A DNA stretch of 63,697 bases, filler included, from Syncephalis fuscata S228 (Eukaryota; Fungi; Zoopagomycota): NCBI GenBank assembly GCA_025786725.1. It is 3 parts of 3 records of this genome, joined end to end, with 100 filler letters (N's around TTAATTAATTAA, not from the genome) between each part and the next. Parts side by side here need not be neighbours in the genome. Positions count along the whole stretch, not along the records: positions 20,633 to 45,030 come from JAHLTZ010000130.1; positions 45,131 to 63,697 come from JAHLTZ010000184.1; 1 more part is not named here. One strand, written 5' to 3'. The position numbers were made by a program, and so were the translations under genes. Of this stretch, positions 38,492 to 52,015 are shown one piece after another; position 1 is the first letter of the stretch, and each line of letters begins with the position of its first letter. Under the pieces are notes generated by a model. The model saw only the letters and a program-made list of their open reading frames with translations, was not told the DNA's origin and did no database searches.

Positions 38492-39450
38492 GTGGCATGG
38501 TGCTTCTAAGTTGACCCACACAAAGATGTAACATGTTAGCGTGTTTAGAAAGGCAAAACGATGGCCTATTAGCCTGTATAAATAAATAAGACCTCTGCTC
38601 TACTACTTAGTGTTTGCAATAAATAAGGGATATAGGCCAATATCAATCTGCCTATCTGTATACAATAGGCGCATGGTTATTAGTTACTGCATTTGGTACT
38701 ATAGTTAGTTATAGTCAGTAATAGTACTATGTAAATACATAGTCTCTATTACAGCCGTCATTGAGAAAATGGGCAAGGGGCTTGAATATACCATATGCTT
38801 CTAGTGTGGTAAAGGCCACTTAGTGATGGCCATGGCTGAAAACATAGCTTAATGATCTACATATACGCTGTCAAGGCCACGCACTATACACAGTAACGAC
38901 AGCCACAGTTATTACACAGAGAGTAGCTATCGCTGTTAGTGGCTAGGCAGCCTTATCGCATGTACTACTCGCCTTGAAATAGATACCGCGTGTAGTCACA
39001 GCAGTTATTCTTGTACACACACACATACACATGCTGTGTGCCATCCAGTTTTTTATATCCTTCCAGGGATGCATGGAATAGTAGCAGATTGATAATTATC
39101 GTTTGGCCCTGTTACTGCCACGACACTTCATAGAACCTTACTCACCTTTTCACTTTTATCTTCTATTGCCCACTTCCTCTTTACTAGCCTAAACCAACCA
39201 CCTTTCTATCAATCCACTCGCTCGTTTATCTACGTTAATTTGTCTTTAATCTCTTATAAAACTTCACATCAATTGATAGAACGAATCAGGCTAGAATCGT
39301 AACAATAACAGCTCCGCTTCCACCACCTTTACCATTATTGCAATAGCAAATATCACCGTAATTAATGAATCAATAGATGCCATTGTGTATGTTTCCCTGC
39401 ATCTACTTATTACTGAACAACTCGATTAATTTACTACATTAATTTGCAAC

Positions 39451-41267
39451 ATGAATCATCGTAAATCTCGTTTGGTGGCATTGCCATCGAAAATAATGCT
39501 ACTTCATTTATTGCCATCGTTAAACACCATCACCGACTTAATTAATGTCGCTTGTTGCAGTCGAGAACTCTGGAATCTAATCATCCGTGATAGCTCGAGC
39601 GAAGAATGTGAGAGAACGACTTTCTATGGGAAGGTCGCTATCGTCGAGATTTCAAACCAGACTATGAGGAAAATAAAGCACTGGCTGTAAAACGACTGCT
39701 GTGCACACCGGAACAACTCGCCGCAGCGGCTAATGTCGACTTTGCAGCTTTAGAATCACCCACACGTGATCTGGCTTTACTCGGCCTGCCCGACCCGTTT
39801 GCATCAAAGAACCGCGATAGTATGCGATCATTTTCCTCTTTGGCCGAAAGTGCCCGCAACGCTGTGCCCGATCCCGAAAGCTGGCTTCAGCTGTATCGGC
39901 GACGAGCAATTCAAGGCGAGGCTTGGTGCGGTGGCGATCTACGTGGTCAATGGGCACCATCGGTATTTGGTGAATCGATTCAAGATGTGTTATACCTCGA
40001 TATGCGCGATGCCATCCACGAACAGCAAGGTCATATTGTACGTCGTGCCCTTGTACAACGTGTGGATGGCAAAGGTTTTCTATTGTTGGAATCGCGAGCT
40101 CCACGCGACAATGAACCCATTCGACCCACAAGCCGTCGTGGTCTAACGACTTTACCACGATGCTGGCGCTGGACTAAAATACGCGATCTGCCGTGGAAAG
40201 GCTGGCAAGCTGGCGAAAACGTCAAGTTTGACTATCGCGGCAGTGTTGGCATTATTAACGAACAATATGCTGTGATAACAACTAGGTGCTTAAAACCTGG
40301 CTCATCAATTGATTGGACCTGGTGCCTACTTGCTTGGCGGATACGCGATGGCCGTCTATTACAGGCCACAACGCATCTAGCCGACCCGGCTCATCTCGAG
40401 CTTGATGGCCGTCTTTTATTGCACACAGAAAAGCAGCGTAACACCGAACCAGTCGCCGTTCTTCACGATTTGGAAACAATGTCACGCGACGCTTTAAAAA
40501 TCGATGCCCTTACTGTGGTGCCCAGTAATCCAGAAATAGCAAGCTCGCCACTTGTCCGCTATAAGCCGCCAGTCGAACGAGGGCCAGTACACACAACACG
40601 ACGCATTTGCCATTTGCATCGTCTGGCTCAGCCTTTGGCCACGTTGCACGACAAAAGCGTAGGTGTATTTGAGCACTGGTTTTCGGGCGCCTATTTCCAC
40701 TGGCGTCTAGTTTCGAGTTGTGGCGAAATGGCTGTGCGCGAGATTGCATCTGGCAAATGCCGTGGCACTAAAAACGTCATAGCACTTCGGTCCCACTGTG
40801 TGGATGACACACTAACGTTAGTGGAGGGCCGATTTGAAGACGACGATGGCGGCAGCTACCTTGCTCTATTTCACTATCCAAGAAACGCTTTATATGGGAG
40901 CGTGTTGAAACAGGCACCAATATACCGCGTAAGTCTATCATACTACCATCTTATAACGTGGTGCTTCGTCAATTGACGGACACTATCGTCGCTATTGATC
41001 TGAAAACCGGCGAGGTAAGCCGCTGGATTCCAATTGAAGAAAACATGATGCACCAGCCTGTCGATTGCTGGGATCTTTATGCTTTGTTGGTTCTCTTGGC
41101 GCGAACAGCATGCCATCATTCTGGATGCTGCTACCGGCCAGATCTATTATCATCAGTTTCCTATTCCTACCGTGGCTCATGGGCCAAACTTTATTGCTAT
41201 TCAAGGTCAACTTTGCTATTACTCTTATGCTGGGCTGTTAATGACCGAGCCCAATTGTCCTGTATAA
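39451..41267 (+). CDS. F-box protein, apparently frameshifted (assembly error or pseudogene)
   Basis: LVALPSKIMLLHLLPSL...LINVACCSRELWNLI F-box. The reading continues after shifts near 39605, 40950 and 41060-41085. Confidence 0.7.
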
Positions 41268-41740
41268 CTTTTTTTACATTTTACTACTAGCTTCAGAAAT
41301 GCTATTTACTAAGACACTATACGATTTATTGCAATTCAAAGCACATACACATACAAATACACACACACACACAGATATATATTATATAAAGACTTCTTTT
41401 GACTAACCTTACAGTTACAAAATATAAAGATATTTACTTCACACTGGTGGCTACATGTTGCTGATGATTATGATTTTATGATAGTGTAATGAGATACTTA
41501 CTTATTTAAAGTGACTTTTTAAGCATAATACAGTGCCCAAGTTAATTTACGGCCGGGTATTTAATTGTAGGTTAATTCAATAGACGGCTTTTATTAGATT
41601 GGAATAATATAATTCTAATTGCCATAAAATAAATCATAACAAAGCCTGCTTTGTATTTTATCAAGATAGTCCAATATTCAATAATCGTTGTGTATAATGT
41701 GTGTATGTTGTGTAACTATATAAACCGGATAATATATTCG

Positions 41741-42726
41741 TTAAAATTCGTTAAGATCAATATGAAAAAAAGATTGCAACTGTGATGATGCAATAGTGTT
41801 ATGGTTTGTTTGACCACTATGTGTAAGAGCCAGACCATTTCGAATATCTTTGGTATGGTTTACAAGTAGTACAGATGTAATGGCCCTAAATTAATATAAA
41901 GATAACCAATTAGTTGCTTGCACTATTATATTAATAGCATATTGCTTACCAATCGGCAATCCACCACGTCTCAGAAGTGTTGCCAATAAATTTAAATGTC
42001 ACAATAAACAAACAAACAATATTGGAAAGAATGATAAGGCACATGGTTCGGACGCCATCCTCTGTCAATTGCTTCCATGCTTCAGAGCCAAATAGTCGAT
42101 AATGGCGGTAAACAACATTGATAAAGGCAGCGGAAAATACAATGTTTAACGAAACATCTAGACCAAACTTTAGCCAAGGAAAGTAGACGGGCAGTATTGC
42201 GGAGCAGCCAGCAATAGGATCCATCGTAGCACTGCCTAGACGCCATACGACGTAGATGAGAAACGGCTGTGGCAGCATTAGAACAATGCCTGCAACGAGT
42301 AAAGTACGGCTGCGTTGATTGGCCAAAATGCTTTGTGCAACAGAGCAGTACTAACGGATAGCGTTGATACAACGAGACACAGAAATGCATACCAAACGCT
42401 TGTGTGGCAGGACGGTCCATTGGGCAATGCGGTCATCAGGAATAGACACCCAAAGCTAATGCCCATGGCCGACTGGACGAAGCAGCACCAGGCCGGCACC
42501 AATGTAGGGCGGGCGTACAGCATCCGTAAAGCATGCCATGTATTGCGCAAGAATAGATAAAGCACACCGGTATTAATAAGAAGCTGAATAAAAATACCCG
42601 TACACGACTGCGCATCTCGGCTAGATCGTCGCCGGCCGCTTCAAAATACTGAATAGCATTGAACTTGCCTAAATGGCTGATTGGCACATTCTCCATAGCA
42701 TAGGAGCCATTGCCAGCCTGCCACAT
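41741..42726 (-). CDS. Multi-pass (about 7TM) GPCR-like membrane protein with apparent frameshifts
   Basis: Three overlapping ORFs join into a series of hydrophobic helices with Cys in the loops (GPSC, AGCS). Intron after WWIADW; terminal exon ends at 41741. Confidence 0.65.
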
Positions 42727-43993
42727 TGCGGCAGCAAGTTCAATTAACAAGAAAAGAGCGACTTAGAAAATAGTACAACTATAAAGACCAAAAAGAAATA
42801 AAAGACATGGAAATACTACAAAAACATGAGCGATAGAGTAGAGTTAAAGGGAAACTAATAAACAAACGTTGTTAGAAAGCAAGTATCCGGTACTAGAATC
42901 GATAAAAGATGGATCGTCAAATGATAGATAGATATATAGAAATATAAATATAAATCAGTATGTACCTGTCGCAGTTAATAAGGCATAACCGTAAAAAGTG
43001 CTTTTACAATTATTTTATTTCATTCATCCACATGATGTGTAATGTCAAGGCAAATAGTCGGGTTGTGTATGAAAATCGCTCGGCGTCATTGTATTGATGT
43101 TGCACAATGGTGGTGATTGATAGACAATCGCGTGGCAAATGCAATACTGAATGACTACGATCGCTGATTGGTTCTTGCGACGATACTAGGCCTCTAGGTA
43201 AGCAAATACCTGTTCCTTCCTTATTGTTTCATTATAGAAAGCAGAGAAAGAAACAATGCTTGGCCAAGAGTAAAATAGTTTTGCATACCCATGAATGCCA
43301 AGCGACTTGCAGGCTAGACTCTTACTAGTGCGTTAGAACAAGTAGCTGATAACTACTGCATGGCACAACAGAGTAACGTCACATATGTCCGTTGTTCATA
43401 TTGCATGGCTTGACGTAGATCACAACGTGACCTTTTAAATAATAAATAGATAATTTGTTATCGAAATATTTAGTATTGTGCGTTATCTAGTTATTTTTAT
43501 ATTTCAATATAAAAAACATCGTTGTGTTGTTTTTGATACATTATTCTGAGCATATAGAAAACTACTGTATAGCTAATTGCTTTTATTACTAGAATAAATA
43601 ATGACAACCTTTTCCGCATATTCTTTTGTGTGTTTTAGTATGTTTGTAATTGCATCTTTTATTACCAAGTACATTATAATGCGTAATACAATTAAATTTA
43701 TTTAACGCCGTTTATTGTCTGTGTTATAACTCAAAATAGTAAAAATATGCTTCAAATAAAAATGAATAAAATAGTATCCAGTATAGTAAACATCATTACA
43801 CTGAATTACTATACAAAACAAATCATAAATCGTGATAAAGGTAATAAGTCGTAATAATGTAGGAAAAAAGAAATCGACAATACATTATCTTATCTTATTA
43901 ACACTACTCATTGTAAAATAGTTACTGAGTTGCTAATAACAATAATATAATCCTAATTAAAGAAAAGCAAGAAACAAAAAAACAAGTTGATTC

Positions 43994-45030
43994 CTAGCTG
44001 TAAATAAGCCGGGAATGCATTGCTAAAATATTTAAGACGCTGGTGCACTTATTCAGATTGCATCCAGGCTAGGAAGCCACCGATAAAGTAGCGTTCATAA
44101 AGCAAGCCAAATAGAATGCTAGAAAGGCGACAAATGCCACAAATGCTACCTGGCCATCAGTTAGACGTTGCCAGCGAATAACACGCACTGGCATTGAAGG
44201 GATAGTTTCGCTACGTGTCTTACGGGTAAGTAAAATACCCGAAATGTTGGTTGTATCATTAAAGAACGAATCGACCGGTGTTGTAGCACTTGTTAATTGC
44301 GGATCGGGTAACAATGATGCTGCAGTTACGGTGGTAGCTGTAGAAAGCCTACCGATTTGCGTGTTTCAATACTGCCAACCGATGACTGACTTGTGTGCAC
44401 AGCAGCACTGGCACGTGGACGAAGCATGGCATTGCTGCTGGTGCTACTATTAACACTATTAACACTAGCCATGTTATTGACTGTACCACTGCTTTTTACA
44501 ATGCTTCGTGGCGTAGCTGATGATACAACATTGGCTGGTGTCGCGGTTGTTGTTTGATGCCGTTGTTTGATTAGCTGTTGTAGCAGCTGGCTGGCTAGTG
44601 CCAAATGGCTTGCCATTAAGTAAAACAGTGCCAGTGGCCTTTTTGCCAGTAGACTTTTCTATCTTGATATCTACACTGCCTGCATCCCGAAGAATAAGCC
44701 GGAATCCATCTTCAACACGATGAAGCTCGGCATTTGCTGGATTGCTAGTAATTTCATAGCCTGTCTTTGACCAGGTACAGCGACCAAGCAATACTTCAGC
44801 ACCGCGCATTTGGCCAGCACTGGTGGCATCCGATGTGAAGGTGGCCGACCAAATAGCTTTGGCGGCATCAAACGTCTCATTAGATCGGCCCAATGTCGTG
44901 CGACTAATGCTCGGCGGTGGTGCATATTTTGTTAGGTAATCAGCAACCTTTGCTACACACATCGGTGTTTGCGTCTGCACTGCTTTCACCAATGATGACG
45001 GATAGAGCCGCGTGGATCAAACTGTGTGAT
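43994..45030 (-). CDS. 5'-truncated hypothetical protein, possible RanBD/PH-like fold
   Basis: GC-richer coding-like sequence cut by the linker. FRLILRDAGS...GTVLLN weakly recalls Ran-binding domains. Frameshifts and a terminal intron are present. Confidence 0.4.
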
Positions 45031-45130
45031 NNNNNNNNNNNNNNNNNNNNNNNNNNNNNNNNNNNNNNNNNNNNTTAATTAATTAANNNNNNNNNNNNNN
45101 NNNNNNNNNNNNNNNNNNNNNNNNNNNNNN
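45031..45130. other. Artificial contig linker N44-TTAATTAATTAA-N44
   Basis: Same 100-bp structure as 20533-20632. Confidence 0.97.
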
Positions 45131-47207
45131 ATTACGGATTATTACACCGAATACTATTTACTGTGCTACTTTTACTGCTATTAATAAAAATCGTCGTATC
45201 TCGATTTTATATATAATATTTATATAAAGTGAGCTAGTTAGTTGATAGAGCATACGCGCGCGTCGTGACAACAATTTTAAAACCAATGTTTTACTTGTAT
45301 TAATGTTTGTATATAGTGCGCTAGAGTGTATTGACAGCAAATATAAGCTGTTTGACGTGATTGGCTTTACAATACGGCACTATGCATTTGACATGCTATA
45401 GCGCGCGTGTACAAATGCGCGCGCCATACCAGCGGCGACGATGCATAGGAATGGGTGATTTGAAATGGCTAAAATTCCACTATCATCGTTCATACCTACG
45501 GCAACTCGATTCATTTATTTTTTTGTAAAAATATAACGATTTTGAAAATTGTGCGTTGTACGCGCGCGCACCGCCACACACTAGTATCAAATGACGTCAC
45601 GTTATATAGGCGGATTCTAAATTAAGAACAAATGGTGTTAAAATTTGCCAGTCTTATATTTTGTCTCACATTTTTTTCCTACCCAGAATGATACATGCAA
45701 ATACCACATACCGCGTCATCATTGCTTATCAAGGGATTGGTTGCGCCGGTTTTACCGGAAATATAGGCGACTGGGATCGAGGAATGAATAGTAGAAGAAT
45801 GTATGGAAGAATGGCTGTAATGTTTTTTAATTTTTTTGTATTGAGACGCGCAAATGTTTTTCCTACTCCGTTAAACCAACCAACACCTGTAGTCATTCTA
45901 TTATTCGTAGATGGGCAATACAAGGCGTTACAGATAGAAAAAAAATGCGACATGGTGCTGTCGTACATATAGGCGGGTGGCACCGCACCTGTTGCTGATA
46001 CTTTGTGTCTTTCTTTTTCCATTGCCTAAGTTAATTTATAAGGTGATTTCCAAGGACTTGTGAGCGAGTACTGGCGTGTATGAATAACAAATTACATTAA
46101 ACTATCATTATAACCAAGTAAGTAGTTTGCATTAAAGTAAAGCTTTATTTTTATTGTGCTTGTTCCGCTGCTGCATTACTCTATTACCCTCAGATTTATG
46201 CATGCGAAATGGCAAATAGTCATTTTCTTGTTGTATAACCAACCACTGTGCATAACGTGGTTTATGCGTGTGTGCACCTATGTGCAGTGCCCATCGATTC
46301 AAACGATATACTTCTCACCATTGTAAATATGTTCTATGAACCTATTAAAAGAATTAGTTTTTTGTTTTTTTAATGTTATGTATAATAATATAAAAATTAT
46401 AATACAAAGCTATTTTATGCACTTGCCATGATGCTTCCATATCCGTTTATGTTTTACTTCGATTTCATTTGGCCTGTGCCAAATAGTTGTCAACTGGTTT
46501 TTTGAGTAAACTGAGGCTTATTGAATCATTGCTGTCACTTGTCTACATCCATTGGTTATTGCTTCGCATATCGAGTGGCATAGCATTATTCCCGTATTCC
46601 TCCATTAAGACATTTGTGCATGGCAATGATGGTACTGCCGCGGCTATTACCATCGAGCCATTGACGAGCCATTATCATGTGTAAACAAGCAATGGGCAAT
46701 TAAGGGTAATGGGGTCGTGGTGGAAACACCCTTTTTGCTGCTTCTATTCTTTCTCTCATCGTACACATTCCATATCTGTCTATGGACAAGTCTCCGACCC
46801 TATTCGGATATCGGCTCATGTCACCTCATTGCCATTCTTATCCTAGGTAGAACTCTAGTTAATTTAGGGAAGATCTTTTTGAATAAAAAGGAACGTTTAT
46901 CGTCGCAGTTCTCCACTTGGATGACATATCGATGCACACTCGCTTTCACATTCTATTGAATAGTTATTACGTATTCGTTATTTGCATATCATTCTTGCAA
47001 CATTTTATTGATTGCACTTTTACTTTATTGCCAGTGCCTTGATTCTTACCTTTGCTTCCAATCTGTTGCTTTTTGGATAGTTGTTGCTGCTTTTTGTTAT
47101 TTAATTTATTAGCACCAAGTAGTACTTGTAGCAATAGTCGTTATTGTAGTGGTACCAATTACTTTTTCTTATTTTATTTGTCATAGGGCTCTACTTGCAC
47201 AGATACT

Positions 47208-49673
47208 ATGACAGCAACAACATCTAGCACGCTGCATAGTGATGACAATTATGGTCATGGCGATGGCATAAACACATTGCCAAGCCACCAGCCACTACCA
47301 TTATCTCCCTGTTTGTTTGGCGATCAAGGAGAGGACGCGTTTTCATCCGGCGAATGCTCGCCATTAACTTCTTGGCTCGACCTGAATCCAATGGACACTT
47401 CAGCCAATATCGATACAAGTACACATTTTGTTTCAACAGAAACGTCCGATAGGTCTTTTACACCATCTGAGGAGCCAGTGCTACTGCCGGATTGGGCTGT
47501 TGCTACCATTTCGTCCGTATTACAAGACGAGAAATTACAGTCACTCGATGAGAAGAATGAAGTAACTGTTGATACACACCCGTCTCCGTTAAATGTCCTC
47601 TCATCAGAAATACTTGATATTGGTGATGATGACTACAATCGAAATAATAGCAAATCTACTGCTTATGATATTGCTACAACCGCTTCACTGACAATGAGGC
47701 ATAAATTATCGCCATCACCACTTCAAGTATCGACATGTCAAGGCCTCAATCATTCTACAACAGAGCAAAAAATTTACACTTCTCATTTCGATCAACCTAC
47801 TTTTACGAGAACGGTATCAACGGAGTGTAATACGCCGTGCAACGCCACAGCCACCATCATCACTACAACTACTGCCACCGATGGTATTGCCTCTGTATTA
47901 CAGAAAAGAAGTTTACCAGCAAGTGAGGCATTTTTGAAACATTGTCCAACCGCATCGCCACCAGGTAGGTGTAATATTTATTTTTGGCCTTGGTCATGCC
48001 TTAACTGGGCTGACTTAGGCGTTACCTTTATTCAGAATTAATTTATGAGATTTTTGTGTACAGCCATATTTAGTGATGCCTTGTTTATTCCCAATACCAC
48101 GGATGATATTGACGAGGCTTCTTCTGCCACCGATTTGGGCCTTGCCTCCTTGCTTCAAGTCGATTCGCAAAAGAGTATTAATACAGACGCAAGAAGCAAT
48201 ACATCAAGACTAAACGTACAAAATCATAACGATAACAAGACAACGTTAACACCGCATACGCCACCACTATTTGATATACCCATGGATCCCCGTGCTATTT
48301 CATCCAAATCTACAGCCAATGATGCTATAGTTGCTACCACACAAGCACTATTTGCTGCATTGCCCATAGATGATCCTGGTGCTGCTATGACGGCAGCCAA
48401 TGCTATGGCACTGATGGCTGGGTTGCCTTTATTGTTTTCCCCACAGCAAATACGAAAAGCATCGCCTTCGTTTCCCATGTCGCCTACAATGGGCACTGGG
48501 CTACATACGCCAACGGGAAGTACTTCTCCACCGGCCTCTTCGGCCTCGGTCATGCCACCGATACCAGTTATGTCCCAAGCTGGTCATGGTAGTCCAAACT
48601 ATTACCATAGAAGTGCACCCATGGGTATTCCTAATTCGATGATTCATCCAATGAATATGTCTATACCGAATGCTGCCTACTCGCCTATGCCATTTGCTAC
48701 TACTGCTGCGCCATTCCTAGGACAAATACCAGCATCAGCGCCAGCGCTGTCATTGCCCTCGCAGTCTAAATCGTTACCCGTTTACGCCAAGTCAGTACCA
48801 AGTATCCATCGTCCATTACCTACACGCCTGCAGTTAAATAATACGAATTCATCGTATGCTGGTAATTCTCCTTTGCTTACGCCAACTGAGGATAGTTTTA
48901 CAAATTTACCTGATCAGTCTAATCATGGCTGTGTTAATACACGTAAGCGATTGCGCGATGATACCGACGAACAGCAGTCTCGTCCATCGCCTGCATCTCG
49001 TGCCATTATACCAACAATATCGATGACTACACCGGCCTTATCATCAAATACACTACCACTTATTGCACCGGCCACTTCAGAACATCCAACGACCAGCAAT
49101 CAAAGCCTTGATGACCAACGACCTCGCCGGCAACGTCCACGCTTCCCCGGGGATATGTATACACCATCGTGGGTCCGTTATGCCGGCCAGTCTAAGGAAG
49201 GTTGTTGTGAGGACTGTAAACCAAATAAATGGCTGCAATTGAAGAATAGTGCTTATTGGTATCATAAGCAATTCTACCATGGCATTTCCTCTGTATCGGG
49301 ACGACCATTCATTGCTCCATTAGAGACACGTGTACGCGATCGCGATATGATTGAAGGCTTGTGCCATCAATGCCAAGCCTGGGTACCTGTTGCTAGTCAT
49401 CGACGACGTAACTGTGTTCTATGGTATCGACATGCCCACAAATGCCATGTCTACCAACGACCACGTATTGTTACCGCCAATGCTATCACTTCTGATGTGG
49501 AGGACCAGCCACAACAGCAGCCACAGCCACAGCAACCGCTGGCACCAGCACCAGCACCATCACAACAGTTGCTAAATCATTATCCTATGTCTTCATTAGT
49601 ATTATCATCATCGGTGGATATGCCCACGGTGATTGCTACTAATCCAGCTGCTTCTTCACTTCAGCTGTATTAG
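47208..49673 (+). CDS. Rua1/Meu26-like transcription regulator (Rua1_C, formerly DUF4451)
   Basis: DMYTPSWVR...KEGCCEDC...WLQLKNSAYWYHKQFYHGISSVSGRPF...EGLCHQC...WYRHAHKCH; intron ~47964-48063. Confidence 0.85.
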
Positions 49674-49986
49674 GCACAGAACTTTAATTTGTGTTTTGTT
49701 TCTATTTCCTTTTCTTTTGTTTGTTTTCTTTAAGCATTGATGATTGTCTTGTTATCCTTTTTTAATTTTCAATTATATTAAATCCTGTACTTTGTCGCAC
49801 AATAGACATTGGTTGCATTTAAAACAAGTTGATCAAATGTTTATAGGAAATTTTTAGTTATATTTGCTACAAGTATATCGCTGGAAGCCTTTTAACAAGT
49901 AAAATACGTTTAGCATTGTTGTTGATATTGCTAAAATGAACTAAATTACGCAAATAAACAGTTTTAAATTAAAATTCATTGTATTT

Positions 49987-50291
49987 GGATTTGGATTTTA
50001 TTAGCTTAAGTGAGACAACGGTCCGTAGGACCTAACCGCGCATTTGCAGCATTTGTCTGCCACCCCTAGGAGAATAGACGGTTCATTTCGAACCTATCCG
50101 CGCGCAACGCAGAACCTGCCATCTACAACTGAAAACCGTTGGTGGCTCTCCTCACGTGTTGGAATATCGACCATTTCTTCTACGGAAGGATCCCATCACG
50201 CATTTCCTGAAAACAAGATTCGAACTAGGCGAACCAACATTTTCCTACTTTAGGGAAGACGCGTTGACCGTTTAGGCCACCACGCCTCCCC
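49987..50291 (-). mobile_element. tRNA-derived SINE, apparently full length, 17-bp TSD
   Basis: TSD TAAAATTCATTGTATTT at 49970-49986 and 50292-50308. Minus-strand head GGGGAGGCGTGGTGGCCTAAACGG (A box) ...AGTTCGAATC (B box). 3' end AATAAAATCCAAATCC. Confidence 0.9.
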
Positions 50292-51320
50292 TAAAATTCA
50301 TTGTATTTATTGTAATTAACTTTTTTCTCATCAAGGTTTTTTAACTTTGCAACTTTTATTCTTCAATAATGTTATAAATACATAATGCTGTTACCCAGAT
50401 AATAATAAAGATGCATTTTATAATACAATTCATTCTAGCTTATTATCAAAATTTATACAATTAAAATTTTTGTTATAAATCTGTTAAGTTAAGCTATTGT
50501 TAAAAATTAAAGTCATTTGATATTAATAATATTTTTTATTAAACTAATATTAAAACATTTGGATAAACTACTTTTATTCTTTTCCCTTCTTTAGTTGCTT
50601 GGTCAACATTACATCATTTTATTGTTGTTGTTGTAACACTGTCATTCTTTTTATTGAATCAAAAGCAGACTAAGCTTTGTAATAAGAAATAATAGCATTC
50701 GTTGAGTTACTACAATTGTTGGTGTATATTAAATACTAGAATATGTACTTAATACTTTTACTTGTACATCTTTTGTTTTACAATTGAGAATGTAGCAACA
50801 ACATTTGTAATGTATTTAGTAACATATTTAATGGCATCATTGCCATAATTATATGAACAATTATTAAAATGTTCAAGATTGCATTAAGCTGTTTTTACCA
50901 GGCCAGTTTTCTACTTTTTGGCAGTTAACACAAACTGACATTTGTTGCTGAAACAGTCTTCATGAGAACAAATAAGCTGTAATCTTGTTAAATATCTTTT
51001 TTTTCTTAAAATTACAATTGCTAATAAGCTTAAATTCTTTAACGGCGGCCCTCAGTTCTTCAATACTATTAAATCTAGTTTCTTTAAGTAGTTTAGTAGA
51101 CATTTGGTAAAATTTTCAAAACGGTATATTTTGGTAAATTTTCCTAATAAAAATTCTATTTGATTTTTATATTACTTACAATAAATATAATAAATAAAAG
51201 TAATAAATAAATGTCAATCCATATTATTGTTGCTGTAAAATATTCAAATCACTATAATTTGATGACTAATGTCATTCACCATCCACCATCATGTTCAATA
51301 GATTAAATGGTATTAAAATA

Positions 51321-51401
51321 ATCGGTGGCAGGCAAATGCTGCAAATGCGCGGTTAGGTCCTACGGACCGTTGTCTTACTCAAGCTAATAAATTTGAATCC
51401 A
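51321..51401 (+). mobile_element. 5'-truncated copy (3' ~80 bp) of the same SINE or its partner LINE
   Basis: GGTGGCAGGCAAATGCTGCAAATGCGCGGTTAGGTCCTACGGACCGTTGTC matches the SINE 3' end. 16-bp TSD AAATG(G/T)TATTAAAATA at 51305-51320 and 51402-51417. Confidence 0.88.
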
Positions 51402-52015
51402 AAATGTTATTAAAATAGTCATTTTAACCATAAATCATGCTAAATGGCTAATAATGTTTAATTAAACTTTATAATAGTGTTAAATGGCACACAATATTTT
51501 ATACAATGATGCATTTTATTTAATTTAATTAACAAGTACTAAAAATTAAAAGTTAAAAATGAAATGGTACATAGTATGTGTATATTAGTGGAATAACACT
51601 AACACAATCAAATAGAACAATTAACTAAATAATTATTGATATCATTGCTAAAATAGCTAACATGGCTGTAATTGTAGTGAATGTAACTTATTGTAATATG
51701 TTAATATTTGAGCAATCTTTCTATACATGGCTAACAACAACAATAACCAACCTCAAATGTTTCAAAAAAATCAAATAGTATGTTATGTTATGTTATTTAA
51801 ATCAATCTAATCAAATCATTACAATCGATTGCGTAAAAAGATTTATTGCGTTAAAGTAAGGGGCACAAAGTAGGTGTCAATTTCGTTTTGTTTACCTTTG
51901 ACACTCTTGGCATTACTGGTCTTTTTTCTTGGCTTTACTTATCTTATTTCTCGGTCGTTCCTCCACTCTTTTGTTATATTGTATTGTGTAGTTTTGTTTT
52001 TTCTTTACCGGTGGG

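Larger units (their letters stand above)
49880..51460 (-). mobile_element. Decayed Mutator-like element: TIR (~51240-51460) plus transposase relic starting at ATG 51103
   Basis: MSTKLLKETRFNSIEELRAAVKEF.../RLQLICSHEDC...CQFVLTA...NLEHFNNC resembles a MuDR DNA-binding/zinc-finger region. ISYYKA* lies at ~50670-50690. Interrupted by stops, frameshifts and two SINE insertions. Confidence 0.72.

Noticed and set aside
39451-41267. Programmed ribosomal frameshifting in the F-box gene and others
   Set aside because: No consistent slippery motif, and indels are scattered across unrelated genes, which fits sequencing error better.
45131-47200. Short ORFs and CGCGCG motifs upstream of the Rua1-like gene
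   Set aside because: No coding signal; most likely a long promoter or 5' UTR.
50200-50291. Functional tRNA gene
   Set aside because: No convincing acceptor-stem closure; it continues into a body and tail and is flanked by a TSD, so it is a SINE head.
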